From Lama guanicoe (lineage: Eukaryota): a DNA stretch of 64,000 bases. Each line of letters starts with the position of its first letter. Position 1 is the stretch's first letter. Shown here piece by piece: positions 39,916 through 52,857 of this stretch. The DNA lies in contig MU057350.1 of assembly GCA_013239625.1 (NCBI GenBank), positions 2,294,001 through 2,358,000 of the forward strand, in the 5' to 3' direction. The notes under the pieces are model-generated. The model was not told the origin of the DNA, searched no databases, and saw nothing but the letters and a program-made list of their open reading frames with translations. The position numbers and the translations under genes are program-made.

Positions 39916-40216
39916 ACTGAGTCCCGGGACCCCGGGAGAGCTGGAGGTGTATGGTTGTGTTTCTTCTGCCCGCGCGGGGCATCACTTGCGCGCTGCAGAA
40001 AACAGGGAGCTGCTCCTCAGCCAGGCTATCCTCTCCTACCGGCACCCGCAACCCCCCCCTGCAGCCGCGGCCGGAGCCGGGGCACCCTCGCCCTGCGCTC
40101 ACCGGAGCCCTGCGCTGCGGCGCGGGTTGCACCTCCGCGCCTTTTCCGCGGAGCAACACCAGGGAGAGAGAACCGGCGCCCGAGTTCTGGACACAGCGCT
40201 TGGCGCGAGGTGCGGG
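39916..40216 (+). other. KDR: KDR 5' UTR (exon 1, ~301 nt); inferred TSS ~39916
   Basis: ACTGAGTCCCGGGACCCCGGGAGAG at 39916 matches the recalled 5' end of human KDR mRNA; it lies just downstream of the GC boxes. Confidence 0.8.
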
Positions 40217-40283
40217 ATGGAGAGCAAGGCGCTACTGGCCCTCGCTCTGTGGCTCTGCGTGGAGACCCGGGCTGCCTCTGTGG
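40217..40283 (+). CDS. KDR: KDR exon 1 CDS, signal peptide
   Basis: gggATGG Kozak context; MESKALLALALWLCVETRAASV(G); donor G|gtaagg. Confidence 0.98.
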
Positions 40284-43200
40284 GTAAGGAGCCCACTGCC
40301 TAGAAGGAAGGAGGAGAGGTCGGGTGCGGGCGGAGAGATGGGGATGCGGAGAGGACCTGGAGGCCGGCTCTAACTCGGAGTTAGAGCTGGAGAGATTAAA
40401 GTGACTTGACACTTTGTGTTCTTTCATTTACCGAAGAGGAAGCTGAGGCTCAGTGACTGGCCCAGGGTTACCCAGCGACTTGGTGGTCTTGTGAGCCCAG
40501 TTCCATTTCCACGACTCTAGCCTCGGACAGAATCCTGAGCGGGAGCGCGTCTGCAGAACCGATACACCGCTGGGCTCTCGGGAGGCGGGGATGGGAAGAG
40601 TCACAGAGCTGGCAGGCAGGAGAGGCCCCCCCCCCAGGCGGGGACAGGAGGTGATAAAATTGTCCGGCTGCGCGCACCATCCTAGCCCGGTCTCGTGAAA
40701 GGAAGCCCTGCAGGAGCCGCGCGACCCAGGTCTTCCCCATGGCACCGTGCGCCTCGCTCTGCCTCTGTATGAGTCGAACGAGGACCCAGGTCTACTGTTC
40801 CCTTTAGGTTCGAACTCACACACACACCCACTGTATAAGGTGGGGTCCAGGAGAGAAGGAAACTTTTTCTTATTTCTTGGTGCAGGACACCTCTCTCCTT
40901 GTAGAGAGAGAGAGAAAGAGAAATTGGGGCTTGGATCCGGGGTTGTGTGACAGCTTCCCAAAATGTCTCCAGGTAGTAGTCACCTTCCTATTTAAAACAG
41001 TTTAACATCTTTCAAAGCTCTTTGGTCCTTTTGAGTAAGCACATGGTCAGAAGTTCACGTTCTGAAAACCTACTCTGAAGGATTTGGTACCTAAGTTTGG
41101 TGCCTCTCGCCACTCTCCTTGCGGTCTAAAATTTCAGTCTCCTTCAAGATCAGGAACACACACGGCCTTGAAGTAAATAAATTCCCTTTCTCTCTCTCCT
41201 TCTCTTTCTCTGTCTCATCTTTCTAACATCTCTTTCTAATCTCTTCTGTAGCCATTGTTTGCTGCTTTCCAGATTTCCACTCTTCAGAGGGTGAGAAATG
41301 GGAGGGGGTGAAACAGGCAGAAAAAGTAAAATGGTTCAGGGGAAAATTCCTTGTATCAAAAGAAAAGAATCACCTGTCTTAAAAGAAAAAAAAAAAAGAC
41401 ATGCATATACCGTAACAAGATCATCTGTCTACAGTTACTGAATTTTCTTAATAATGACTTGGTTCATCCAGGCCAGCTCCACCAGGGACAGTCATCTGTC
41501 CCTGACAAGACCTCTCTCTCTTCCTTTATGGGAAGAGAAAGAAGGTCTGGAACATGTGGTTTGTTACTGTATCCTACAAAGACATGAGTTGCTTTTGAGC
41601 CTGGGGTGTTTCATAGAGCAGCAGTAGTAACCGAAATCGGGTTGCCCTGAATGTAACGATGAGGTTGCCCTTTTGGAGTGTGTGACTTGCTTAATTGGAT
41701 TGGGCTATAATTGATGCCATCAAATTCTAGAGACAGAGGCACTGTTGTTTTTCCTTCCTGTCTTTGAGCTGGAAGGGTAATAGTGCACAAATGAATTAAT
41801 TTTGGTTATAGAATTTGAACATAGAAGAGCTTTATTGAGTAGCAGCGTATGTACTTCTTAGAGTTATTTCTTTAGAACTTTCTGAAGAGCAGACCTCGAA
41901 CTTGCCAATGAAAATGAATGAAGCTTATTGGAGCAAAAAAGAAATTGAGCGTTGGTCTACAGATATGAATTTGAAGTTACCATTATTGATAGCCTTGTTG
42001 AATAGTTTTTTGTTGGAGACATGTCTCTAGAATAGTATGGTGTTGTTTTGGCTCCCGATGAATGGAGAACTTTTTTTTTTTTTGAACATAGGAAAGTGTG
42101 TCTAGAGTGTGAGATTATCTTTGGCAGTGATTTATGAGAGATCTTCAAGAATCTCTTGTTTTGGTGGCCATAGTTTATTTAGAGCTTGATTTTTACCATC
42201 ATTTTTTTTTTTCTCACATCACTGTGCCCAGATAATGGGTTCTTTCTCATCTGGGTCATCATGCAAATTAAGTTACTGGTTTTGACATGTTTCTCAGCAT
42301 AGGATTTCCCAGTCACGTGTGATATCTGTGCTCATCCAAACAAATTGTTTTCATTTTTCTTTTCTTAGACAAAGTGGGAATCCATTATTGGAAGACTCTT
42401 CTTTTGCTTTTAAACATTTTGCTTTATTTTTGCCTACTTGGGAGGGGGGCAGTTATTTCCTTTATATTGAAAAGTGCTATGTTGACTAACTGAGCATGAC
42501 CACCCAGACCAATAGCTATCCACGAGTGGCCCGTAGACCCTCTATGACCAAGTCACCTGAAATGCTTGTTAAAATGCAGTTTTGTAGGCCTAGGAATATC
42601 CTGACACATGCTAAAGTTTTCAGAACCTCTGCCCCGAGCACCTTACTTCCAACGCCAATTAGTTTCTGAGATTTACTGCTGTAACTTAATTTTCAATTTA
42701 AAAAAAAATCGATATTGATCAACAAATCCACAGTTTTGTCAGCAACTGGTTTTGCACCTCTGAGTGAGCGTCTGAGAACACGTGTGATCAGTTGCCCCTT
42801 TTGCCTGCAGCTGTTCGCACTGGGGTCCGTGGATTCAGTGCTCTGGATATTTACACTGGGTATTTGTTCATGCTCTGCTTATTCATACTCTTTTGTATTT
42901 GCTAGTCCTCTCTTTTATTTGCGCAACAGTGTCAATGCCAGCTTAGGCCTGGAGAGTCATGTGTTCTTAGTGGATGTGAGTTAAGGATCCTATGAAGCTC
43001 GGTGCTTACCCAGCACCCATCACTTTTTTAGGTGGTATTTTGAAGATCTGGTTATCAGTTAAGACCCAAGCATGGTGGACAGTTTTTCTTTCTCTGATGC
43101 TTTTTCAGCGCCTGGTAGCTTTTTGCATTTAGTTGACAGAGAACTCAGTTTTCTTGCTGTGGAGTGACCCATGGTGAGGAATCTGCCCCATGGTATATTT

Positions 43201-43299
43201 AGGTAAAGATACGTTTTTTTGTATATTCCAAGCTTGGTATCAGGACAAGCTCAGCGCCTTGATTAGTAAGTTGAGATTCCCCAATTGTAATTCATTACC

Positions 43300-43900
43300 G
43301 TTACTCTAATTCTGTTCTCTGAGGGAAAGTATATTAATATGCATTTGGAAGATGTTTCTTTCCTCAATTCCTCTCACCTAATTTCAACGTGCAGTGTTTC
43401 AGCCTTGGCAGTTCAGTTACCAGGGGAAGGGCACTAGAAAATTGATAAAGGCAGATGAGACGTTCCCGTTCCCCTCAAAGTACATAGATGAACTATATAG
43501 AAATGTCTCTAATAGTATTCATTAATCAGCAATTTAGTCGAATGTGTGCATCCTATGTTNNNNNNNNNNNNNNNNNNNNNNNNNNNNNNNNNNNNNNNNN
43601 NNNNNNNNNNNNNNNNNNNNNNNNNNNNNNNNNNNNNNNNNNNNNNNNNNNNNNNNNNNNNNNNNNNNNNNNNNNNNNNNNNNNNNNNNNNNNNNNNNNN
43701 NNNNNNNNNNNNNNNNNNNNNNNNNNNNNNNNNNNNNNNNNNNNNNNNNNNNNNNNNNNNNNNNNNNNNNNTTACTGGGAATGGTGAAAAGTAAATTCAC
43801 AAGTTTTACACAATGAATTGCTGAAGAGCCTTTTAAAGTATGGAGTATGCGTTGTTTATGGAAGGTGTTTCCTATTGGGTCTGACTCAGTGGCAATTACA
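43300..43900. promoter_or_regulatory. Candidate orthologue of the Flk1 intron-1 endothelial enhancer (interrupted by an N-gap)
   Basis: 3' end of intron 1; TGATAA 43443-43448 next to TAL1-type E-box CAGATG 43452-43457; TGTTTA plus GGAA/TTCC cores at 43852-43872. Confidence 0.6.
43560..43771. other. Assembly gap (intron 1)
   Basis: Run of N. Confidence 1.
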
Positions 43901-43924
43901 TTCATTTATTTAATTTGTTTCTAG

Positions 43925-44018
43925 GTTTGCCTAGTCTTTCTCTTGATCCACCCAGGCTCAGCATACAAAAAGACATCCATACAATTATGGCCAATACAAC
44001 GCTTCAGATTACTTGCAG
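43925..44018 (+). CDS. KDR: KDR exon 2
   Basis: ctag|GT...GCAG|gtaagg; [32 protein letters not shown]. Confidence 0.97.
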
Positions 44019-45289
44019 GTAAGGATTCCTTTTAGATTCAGATTTCCTGTGTTAAATATTTCATTGTTTATTGAAGGAAAAATAATTTCCATATGCAGAA
44101 TTGTAATAGAGTCATAGTAATTGTTTATAAGTACTGAGGTTTCTAAGAAGTGGTGTAATAATGAAAAAATGAAAAAGCCCTTCTCCCCAAAAATTCTATA
44201 CAATTTTGCTGGCATTTTTTCCCTGCTACCCCCTGCCAACCCACACATGCACACATGCACATACACTAATAACCAGTATAGCACCTGGAGTATAGTATGT
44301 AGTACACAATACATGTTGAATAAATAAATGAAATTGAGGATGTACCTTTAGAGTTAAAGAAGTTTGGGGACGTATTGTTTATACTCAGAATGGCTCTTGG
44401 ACATCTGTTCAGCACTTTTCAAGAACTTTATTTTATGGTAAAATTCTGATCGTAGTATCCATTTAATATTCAGCCATTAATATTACTGAACGCATGTCCT
44501 GCTGCAGGTTGGTGTTCTGGCATGTCTGTCTCTCACTAGCTAGCAAGAAGTCATCCTATTGATTTTTGCTAACTGGGGAAATAAGCCTCTTTGACGAGAA
44601 GAATTCTGCCTTCCAATTTCACTGTTAACCTTCCAGCCCCTACCTCTGGAAGAAAAGTAGGACCTTAGGGTTTCATGTATGAGTATGCATGACAGACGCA
44701 GAGGCTTCTCAGGACCAGTGTGGTTTTGGCAGAGACGGTGGGTGGAGAGTGCTGATGTCCACAAACAGCCCTGGGAAGCTTGTTGCCATTGTTTATGCCT
44801 GACAAATGCCAAGTGTTCAACACAGTGACACAGATCTATTTTAGCTTGCCGAGTGTAAAGGATACTCTAGTCCTCTTATCCAGGGTCGGTCACCAATACC
44901 CAGCCCTCGGGAAAAAGCATAGTAACAGGTGCTGTTTCCCTAGCTTTGCTATTTCAAGATGTGTTTCTCAGTAGATGTTCCTCTAACCCACCCTTGACAA
45001 CAAAGGTTATTTAAAATCCCCCAAGATTCCATACTCCCTTTACGTCCCAAAAAAGCTATGGAGTATGTTAAAAGTGACTTCATTATTGTAGCTGTAACCT
45101 CATGGACATTTCAAGTTCTTTAAAGAAGGGTCCATGATGTTACATTTTTCTTGATGTTGACTCTCTTCCTTGGGGCTTTGTAGAGAAATGCTGTAATAAA
45201 AGTAATCTAGGTTTTGATGTCATCCTCCAAAGTTTCTACGAGTCTCTTAGATAGTTGCGTCCCCTTCGTTCCTCACTTCACCTCTTACT

Positions 45290-45712
45290 CTCCTGATTAC
45301 CCACTTTTATCTGGCTTTTCTGGCTTCCTTGCATCTCATGGTCCAGATAGGCACCCACACCAGGGTCTTGACATCTGCTGTTCCCTCTGCCTGAAATTCT
45401 GTTTCCTCCAATATTCATACGGCCTAGTGCATCAAGCCTCCAGAACTCTTCACTCTTTTCTTTGCATCTTCTAAATTTTCTCCATAGTACTTGTTGCCAC
45501 CTTGTACACATTTTACTTACTTTTGAAAAATGTCAGCTTTATTGAAATGTACTTATTTTTTTTTTTACTGCCTGTCTTCTCCAACTTGACTGAGGTTCCA
45601 TGAAGACATTGGCTTTTGTCTGATTTGTTCACTGCTGTATGCCATTTTTAATAACATTTGGCACATAGCCCATGCTTAATAAATATTTATTGGATGAATG
45701 AATGAGTTAATG
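45290..45712 (+). mobile_element. L2 3' end (intron 2)
   Basis: CTGCTGTTCCCTCTGCCTG...TTTGTTCACTGCTGTAT...TGGCACATAG...AATAAATATTTATTGGATGAATGAATG. Confidence 0.75.
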
Positions 45713-45926
45713 AGTAGAAAACTCGAGAATCCCTATAAGTGATTTCTGAAGCCGAGCCTCTGGCTTTTTGTCATTCATCCATATAACGTGTCATTGTTAG
45801 TAGAGGGCTGCGTTTCTGTCTGTTGAGGCGTTTATGTAAGTTTGAGAACCAAATCTTCTATTTTCTTAGAAACAGCCTCCTAGTGAGGCATTTCACATGA
45901 ATATTTGCTTGGAATTAATTTTTCAG

Positions 45927-46123
45927 GGGGGAAAGGGACTTGGACTGGCTCTGGCCCAACAATCAGAGCGGCTCTGAGAAAAGAGTGGAGGTGACCGAGT
46001 GCAGTGAGGGCATCTTCTGTAAGATGCTCACAATTCCAAAAGTGGTCGGAAATGATACTGGAGCCTACAAATGCTTCTACCGGGACACTGACATGGCTTC
46101 TGTCGTCTACGTGTACGTTCAAG
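45927..46123 (+). CDS. KDR: KDR exon 3 (Ig1)
   Basis: ttcag|G...CAAG|gtaagt; [25 protein letters not shown]...[19 protein letters not shown]. Confidence 0.97.
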
Positions 46124-48807
46124 GTAAGTGGTTAGATGGAATTCACTTCCCTAGTTGATTTACCGGTTACAAAACACAATGGGCGCAAAGAAGAATCGAG
46201 GACAACAAAGTCTTGCTCTGAAGGCTCTCTGCCAACAGGAATAAACAAAATTCTTCTCTCCCTAGACTTCCTCGGAGAATAAGACTCATTGATTTGTTCT
46301 GGAGCGTGGGCCCCATTACTTCTCTTTTGCCCAATTCACTGGGTTCTGATCTTTGTTTCTAAGGGAAATCTGTGTTCACAATTGGCTATGGGGATTTATA
46401 AGAAGCCTTCTGATGTTTGAGGGAAGAAAAAAACAAACCTGAAATCCTTGAAAAGGAAGATTCAGGGGTGAATTATGGAGAGGTTTCTGTGGAGAGATAG
46501 GTTATCTACTGCAGAGTTGGAGATTTCCCCAAGAATGCACAGGGATTCAGCCAAGGGCTCTGGAGTTTTTTGTACATAGGAACCTTTCTTCCCCCGACGT
46601 ATATGTCATAAAAAACAATTTCCATACACTTGTGCAAATGAAGACCTTTCCTCAAATGGCCTTTCAGGGACAGTGTTTCTTTCCTTTGCTGGTGTGGTCT
46701 GAGATCTTGGATGATATGCCAAATCTTTCTAGAATTTGCAATTTGAGATTGACACCGTGGAGGCCAACTTAACATCTGTGTAGGGTAAAATACATGTCAC
46801 GTATATTTAGTATTTATAATCTGAATTAGTCTTTCTTCTGTGTTGCAAAAATCTTACATTAACTTAGTTTTCCTGGAAAAACTTGACTTAACTCATGAGA
46901 TACCAATCATATAATTTTGATGAGTGTAGGTGTTCCTTAGCATTTCACTTAGATATACTCAATATTTTCTTTTCAGTAAGGATAAGCTTTTTAGACATTT
47001 TATTTATACAGTTCTATACCTCTTTACATCCCAGAAGATTTGAAGCAGGTGAAGATGGCTTAGACTTTTTTCCAGAAGCATCTTTTGCAGAACAGGGATT
47101 TCATCAGCTTTGGAAAACACACTCTCTTGTCTCCATTTACATTCCAATGGGCAGTATGGTTAGTGCAATGGAAAGGTGGAGGCCACATCAAGATAACGTA
47201 TGTCACTCCCGGATTGCACAGTATTTGAGATTTATTTCTACCCAGGGTGAGCACAATCCAAGATAGAATTCTGTGGCGTCTTCCTCCCTTCTGCAGAATT
47301 TGAGAGACATGTCTCAGATCTTGGAGAATTTCTGGCTCCTTTTGATCTGACAGTCTTGGGAGATCAGGCTTTCTCAGAAGATTGCAAGGATTTCCTGCTT
47401 TCAGGCTGTCTGGAAATACTACAAGATGAACCTCTCCCATAATATCTCGTTATTTCCTTCTCCCCAAGTCAGGAAACCTGGAGACATGTGAAAATTCATT
47501 TCGTGAGTTGCAGTAAATATTTTATTTTGAGAGGATGGGTGGTTGTTTGGGTTTCTTTTGTTTATTTCCTTTTTTTTTTAGGATACCGAAATAGAACTGA
47601 TTGACTGAATAGCTTTAGTTTGACGTCAAGGGGTTAATTTAGCTTCCCAAGGCTTGCTCTCTAAGCAAGTTATGTAATATTTCACAGCATGTGGATAAAA
47701 AGATAGGTAATTTTAAGAAGTAGCGATCTCCAGCACTGTTTATTTGTACACTGCCTGTCTTTGGGTATACCATCAGATTCTGCTTCCTGTCTAAGCCTAA
47801 TGTTCTAGGAGGTGAGCTGTCTAAGATTTTGGTGGTGAAGTTTAACAATGGAAAAGAAAACACTGAAGTATTCCCTATGGACAGTCCTTTAATATCCCCT
47901 CTGGTCTCCACCTTACTTCCTGCATCTTCTGACCCCCATTCCCTCCAGCAAGGGATGGAGCCAGGAAGTGGGTCTTGGCCTCGTAAGATAATGTCTATGG
48001 CATGTGGTGGGCTGGATTGGCTGCCTTTCTGTGCTTTCCAGCTGGGAAGGAAATCAAACTTCTGCTGTTGTAGGGAATTAGCTGCTTTTCTCCCCTTTGG
48101 TTTAATTAACTCTTTCTTCACTTGGACCAGCCATCCTGAAGCACTCTGAAAATGCTTGGTCAGGGGAGTTGGGGATGGCAGTAAGGACCATTGTCTCTCT
48201 GGGACTTCAAGCATGACTTCACACCAGCTCTATCTCTGGGGAAAGGAGTCAGCAGCCTATTAACATCATATGAACAGTGTTTGAATGAATCTCTCTCTCT
48301 TTTTTTTTCTCAGTCTTTGCCATGGTGGCTTTTCAAGTTTTTGTCATTGAAGGTATTGATGACTGCTGACTCTTAAATACATAACTATTAAACATGAGTT
48401 TATGAAGAACCTTAAATCTAGTCTTTACAATCTTAAAGTACACAAAGCTTTCTCTTGAATAATTGAATTAAAAGTTGTTAGTTATTTCTTTATTTTAAAG
48501 ATTCTTCGGGGACCATTAATCTGTTTTTGTGATGTTTACATTATTTGCCTAAAGAGAGAGAGCAGGAATTTCTTTAACATCAATAAAACTCAATAGGTAA
48601 ACTATACAGATTTAACTTGAAATTTACTTCAGTATTTATATATAGTGTATACAAAAATGTATGTGAAAATGAAGATGTATGCACCTTCATTTTGAAAAAA
48701 CTAATGATTAATCTGCCTAAGTGTGGAACCGACAAAATATAATCTGCTTGTTGATAACCCTTGCAAAAGAAGCCAGTCTCATTCTAGGAACTTTCTTCCA
48801 GATTTTT

Positions 48808-48837
48808 TACACACGCACACACACACACACACACACA
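48808..48837. repeat. (CA)n microsatellite (intron 3)
   Basis: Direct inspection. Confidence 0.9.
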
Positions 48838-48978
48838 GCCCTCTGTAGCATCCTTGGAGCCAGATATCTACCAGCAGACCTACCTGTGGATTCCTTTCCC
48901 TGGTATGAAATATCATTCCCCATGAGGCACTTCTTGGTTAGAGTTATGAACCTGAAAGAGGACCAGTAATGCCATTAA

Positions 48979-49140
<162 letters not shown>

Positions 49141-49377
49141 TAAATCGTCTTTCATCATCTCTTACGCTTTCTTAATTTTAAGCTAATATAATATTATTAT
49201 AATACATATTATAATACATACATTACATATTATATTATATAATATTAAGTCAGCAATGTGTTGTAAAGATCCTTTAGAAGGGTCAAAATGACAATAAATA
49301 AAACCAACTTGCCTTTTAAAAAATTACATGAATTCTTTAGTGTTCATGGTTTTCGCCTTTGGATAACACTTGATTGA

Positions 49378-49614
<237 letters not shown>

Positions 49615-50147
49615 TAAAGCCTGGCTTACTGTATTAAGATCCTGGAGGACAAGGGATATTGAAAGATACATTAATTCACGGTTTGGTGTTAGGCAATTCA
49701 TTACATCTGCTCTTCTCTACCCAAGAAACCTATGTGCAATAGAGTTTTTCCTCCTTTCTTACCAAAACCAAGGATGAAAAAGAGTACTATTATGGGATCA
49801 TATCTTATGGAAAATTTAATGTTCAGAGCATTGCTTGGCATCAATTTTAATTACACCTATTTTATGAGAAGTTCAGTGACTTCCTAAAGCTGGCCCCATT
49901 GATTATCGGCCACTCAGATTTTACAGCTTTTCTGTTCACTGGGCTACAACATCTTTGAGATCCCTTCAGGGCTGCGTTGTAAATCTCTGTAGGCCAGTTT
50001 CCTGGGAGTTACCAAGGACTGGGGAGGCCCTCAGGGAAAAATGATGTGACACATTTTGAAGCTGCATCATTTCTGAAAAAGAATGTGTGCCAAGTTATAG
50101 ATTTGCTTTCCCTCTTACTTTCTGTTTTTCCAATTTACTTGCTCCAG

Positions 50148-50287
50148 GGTACAGGATTTATGATGTGGTTCTGAGCCCCCCTCATGGAGTTGAGCTGTCT
50201 GTTGGAGAAAAGCTTGTCTTAAATTGTACAGCAAGAACTGAGCTGAATGTGGGAATTGACTTCAACTGGGAATACCCTTCTTTGAAG
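50148..50287 (+). CDS. KDR: KDR exon 6 (Ig3)
   Basis: ccag|GG...AAG|gtaaca; [47 protein letters not shown]. Confidence 0.97.
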
Positions 50288-50878
50288 GTAACACTAACAA
50301 TTCAAAGCCAGATCTCTAAACACTTTGATAATAAGCTCCAATGAAGTTTGCTTGAGACAAATAGGGACCTCTCTGGCCAGATGAAATGTAAGGGCCTTAA
50401 CTCACAGTAACACATACACACACACACACACTTTAAGACCATTGCAGAACACACCCATGCAAAAAAAGCTGCAAAGCCAAGAACTCTGTCCAGGCTGTGA
50501 AGATTAGTTTCCTTTAGGTGATTACATCTTTCCAGGTTGCATTATTTCTCTGTTTTCCAAAGTCCTCGATCTCTTTTCCATTTAAGGGAATTTCTCTTTA
50601 AGAGGTGACGTGAAACACACTTCTTAAACATTGGGCACGCTTCCTTGTGTTTCTGTAGTTCATTTTTACCTCATTCCCATTATGTGAGGCTCTAAAATTC
50701 CTGGTTCACTTGGTTGCATTTATTTCATCTGAAACCAACTATATTTGCTGTATGCATGATGTCAAGATTTCTGAAGTCCCCTTCATTAGTGTTCAAAAGA
50801 GTTCACCAAGGGCCAAGACTTTTGTGGGTATCTAGAAGCTATTGGGTCATGTTATGCTGGACTTTGGAAGTTCAGTAA

Positions 50879-51121
<243 letters not shown>

Positions 51122-51524
51122 TAAATACATTTAGGTCAGCTAGCAATTCCTATTTTGCTCATTCAGAAGGTGTTTTTGAGCTCTTGCTAGGAAGGCCGCA
51201 TGACCTAGAGGTCAAGAGCATAGCTTGGGTTCAAATCCCAAATTTAATTGATGAGCTGAGCTGATAGAGTAAGTGCTCACCACATATCACTTATTGTCAC
51301 TGCTATGATTATTATTACTATAATAAGCTGAGGGTTATTAACTAAGATAGTTTTTACATTTTTATTGAATTGCAAGGCAGAGAGGCTTCCTTGAATAAGC
51401 CTGAGCTTTGCAATTGGGAAAACCTGTATTTAATTACTTTCTGTGGGGCTTGGAGGAAATAATTTAATTTCTCATTGGTTCTCACTGACATAAATGTCTC
51501 AGTTTAGATGATAATTTGTATGGC

Positions 51525-52170
51525 ACCCGACTTATAGGCCCTGGTAAGGATTTGGATTTTATAATACGGGAATGCGCAAGAAAGTTCTGAGCAGAGAGAC
51601 ATGCTCTGGCTTATGTTTTCATGGAATTACTCTGTGTGTGTTTTTTTTAAAATGTGCAATACTTTAGGGGAGTAAGGGCAGAAGTAGAGACCAGCTAGAA
51701 GACTAATTGCACTCATCTAGGTGAGAGATGGTGGGTGGCTTAGACAAGGGTGGTAGAGGTGGAGGAGGTGAGAAGTGATCTGATTCCAGATATATTATTA
51801 AAGATAGAACCAATAGGATCTGCCAATTGATTCCCTGACTGTGGAATGTAAGAGAAAAAGAATGGGAGATGACCTTCGAGTTTATAGCATGAGCAACTGA
51901 ATGAATGGTAGTTTTGTTAACTGACATAAGGAAGGTAAGGTGGAGAGGAAGATTTGGGGACACAGGGTTAGGCGGCTTCATTTGGAGATGCCCATTAAAC
52001 ATTCAGATAGAGATTTTAATATGTTAACCTGAAACCCAGAGTAGTCAGGGCAGGAGATGTAAATTTGGAGGAATGTACTTGATACTTTAAGCCTGAGATG
52101 AAACGAAGGTGTAGATGAAGAGAAGAGGTTTGAGGACTGAGTCCTGGGGCACGTGGGGCGTACATTTAGG
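51525..52170 (-). mobile_element. L2 fragment (intron 7)
   Basis: GGTGAGAGATGGTGGGTGGCTTAGACAAGGGTGGTAG...GAGAAGTGATCTGATTCCAGATATATT. Confidence 0.75.
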
Positions 52171-52490
52171 GCATCAGGGGAGCAGAGGGGAAGGAGCACC
52201 CAAGGACCCCCAGGGGACTTAGAGAAAGTTTCACAGAGGAGCAAATGCTTGAAAGCAATCAGTAGACCTGCGGAGTGGACTGGGGGAGAAGGAAGAGCTA
52301 ACGCGAAGACCAGAGGTGAGGGAGAAGCTGAAGTGTGACATATAGAAATGTGGTATGGGGGCTCTCTGAGCTGCAGCGACTTGGACCCCCCAAAAGTCTT
52401 TGACTGCTCACTTGAAACGAACAACTAAACCCAATGACTATTTAAAAGAGTTTGATATTTATGAGAAAAAATATTTTAATTCTCTTCCAG

Positions 52491-52605
52491 AAAAGCCTTT
52501 TGTTGCTTTTGTAAGTGGCATGGAATCTTTGGTGGAAGCCACAGTGGGAGACCGTGTCCGAGTCCCTGTGAAGTACCTTGGTTACCCTCCCCCAGAAATA
52601 AAATG
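52491..52605 (+). CDS. KDR: KDR exon 8 (Ig4)
   Basis: ccag|AA...AATG|gtaact; [39 protein letters not shown]. Confidence 0.97.
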
Positions 52606-52693
52606 GTAACTACTGGACATACATGTAAAGCAACATTCCCATGAAAATAAATCCTTAGATTGTACTAATTCTTGGGATTTTTCCCCCCCATAG

Positions 52694-52857
52694 GTATAAA
52701 AATGGAAGACCCATTGAGTCTAACCACACAATTAAAGTAGGGCATGTACTGACTATTATGGAAGTGAGTGAAAAAGACACAGGAAATTACACCGTTATCC
52801 TTACCAATCCCATTTCAAAGGAGAAACAGAGCCATGTGGTATCTCTGGTTGTGAATG
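52694..52857 (+). CDS. KDR: KDR exon 9 (Ig4), after an 88-bp intron
   Basis: atag|G...AATG|gtaagt; [54 protein letters not shown]. Confidence 0.97.

Larger units (their letters stand above)
39000..40830. promoter_or_regulatory. CpG island spanning KDR promoter, exon 1 and start of intron 1
   Basis: Visibly high GC and CpG density against AT-rich, CpG-poor flanks; edges approximate. Confidence 0.9.

Noticed and set aside
39947-40216. In-frame open stretch upstream of the KDR AUG (GTG at 39947) suggesting an N-terminal extension
   Set aside because: Non-AUG start in poor context; a 90-aa extension would bury the signal peptide; no supporting evidence.
39327-40961. Many overlapping 60-177 aa ORFs on both strands around the promoter
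   Set aside because: Expected from stop-codon scarcity in a CpG island; low-complexity R/G/P/A translations with no recognisable domain. Only the AUG at 39951 inside the 5' UTR was retained.
47639-48214. 191-aa antisense ORF in intron 3
   Set aside because: Non-AUG start, no recognisable homology or exon structure; within chance expectation for 64 kb.
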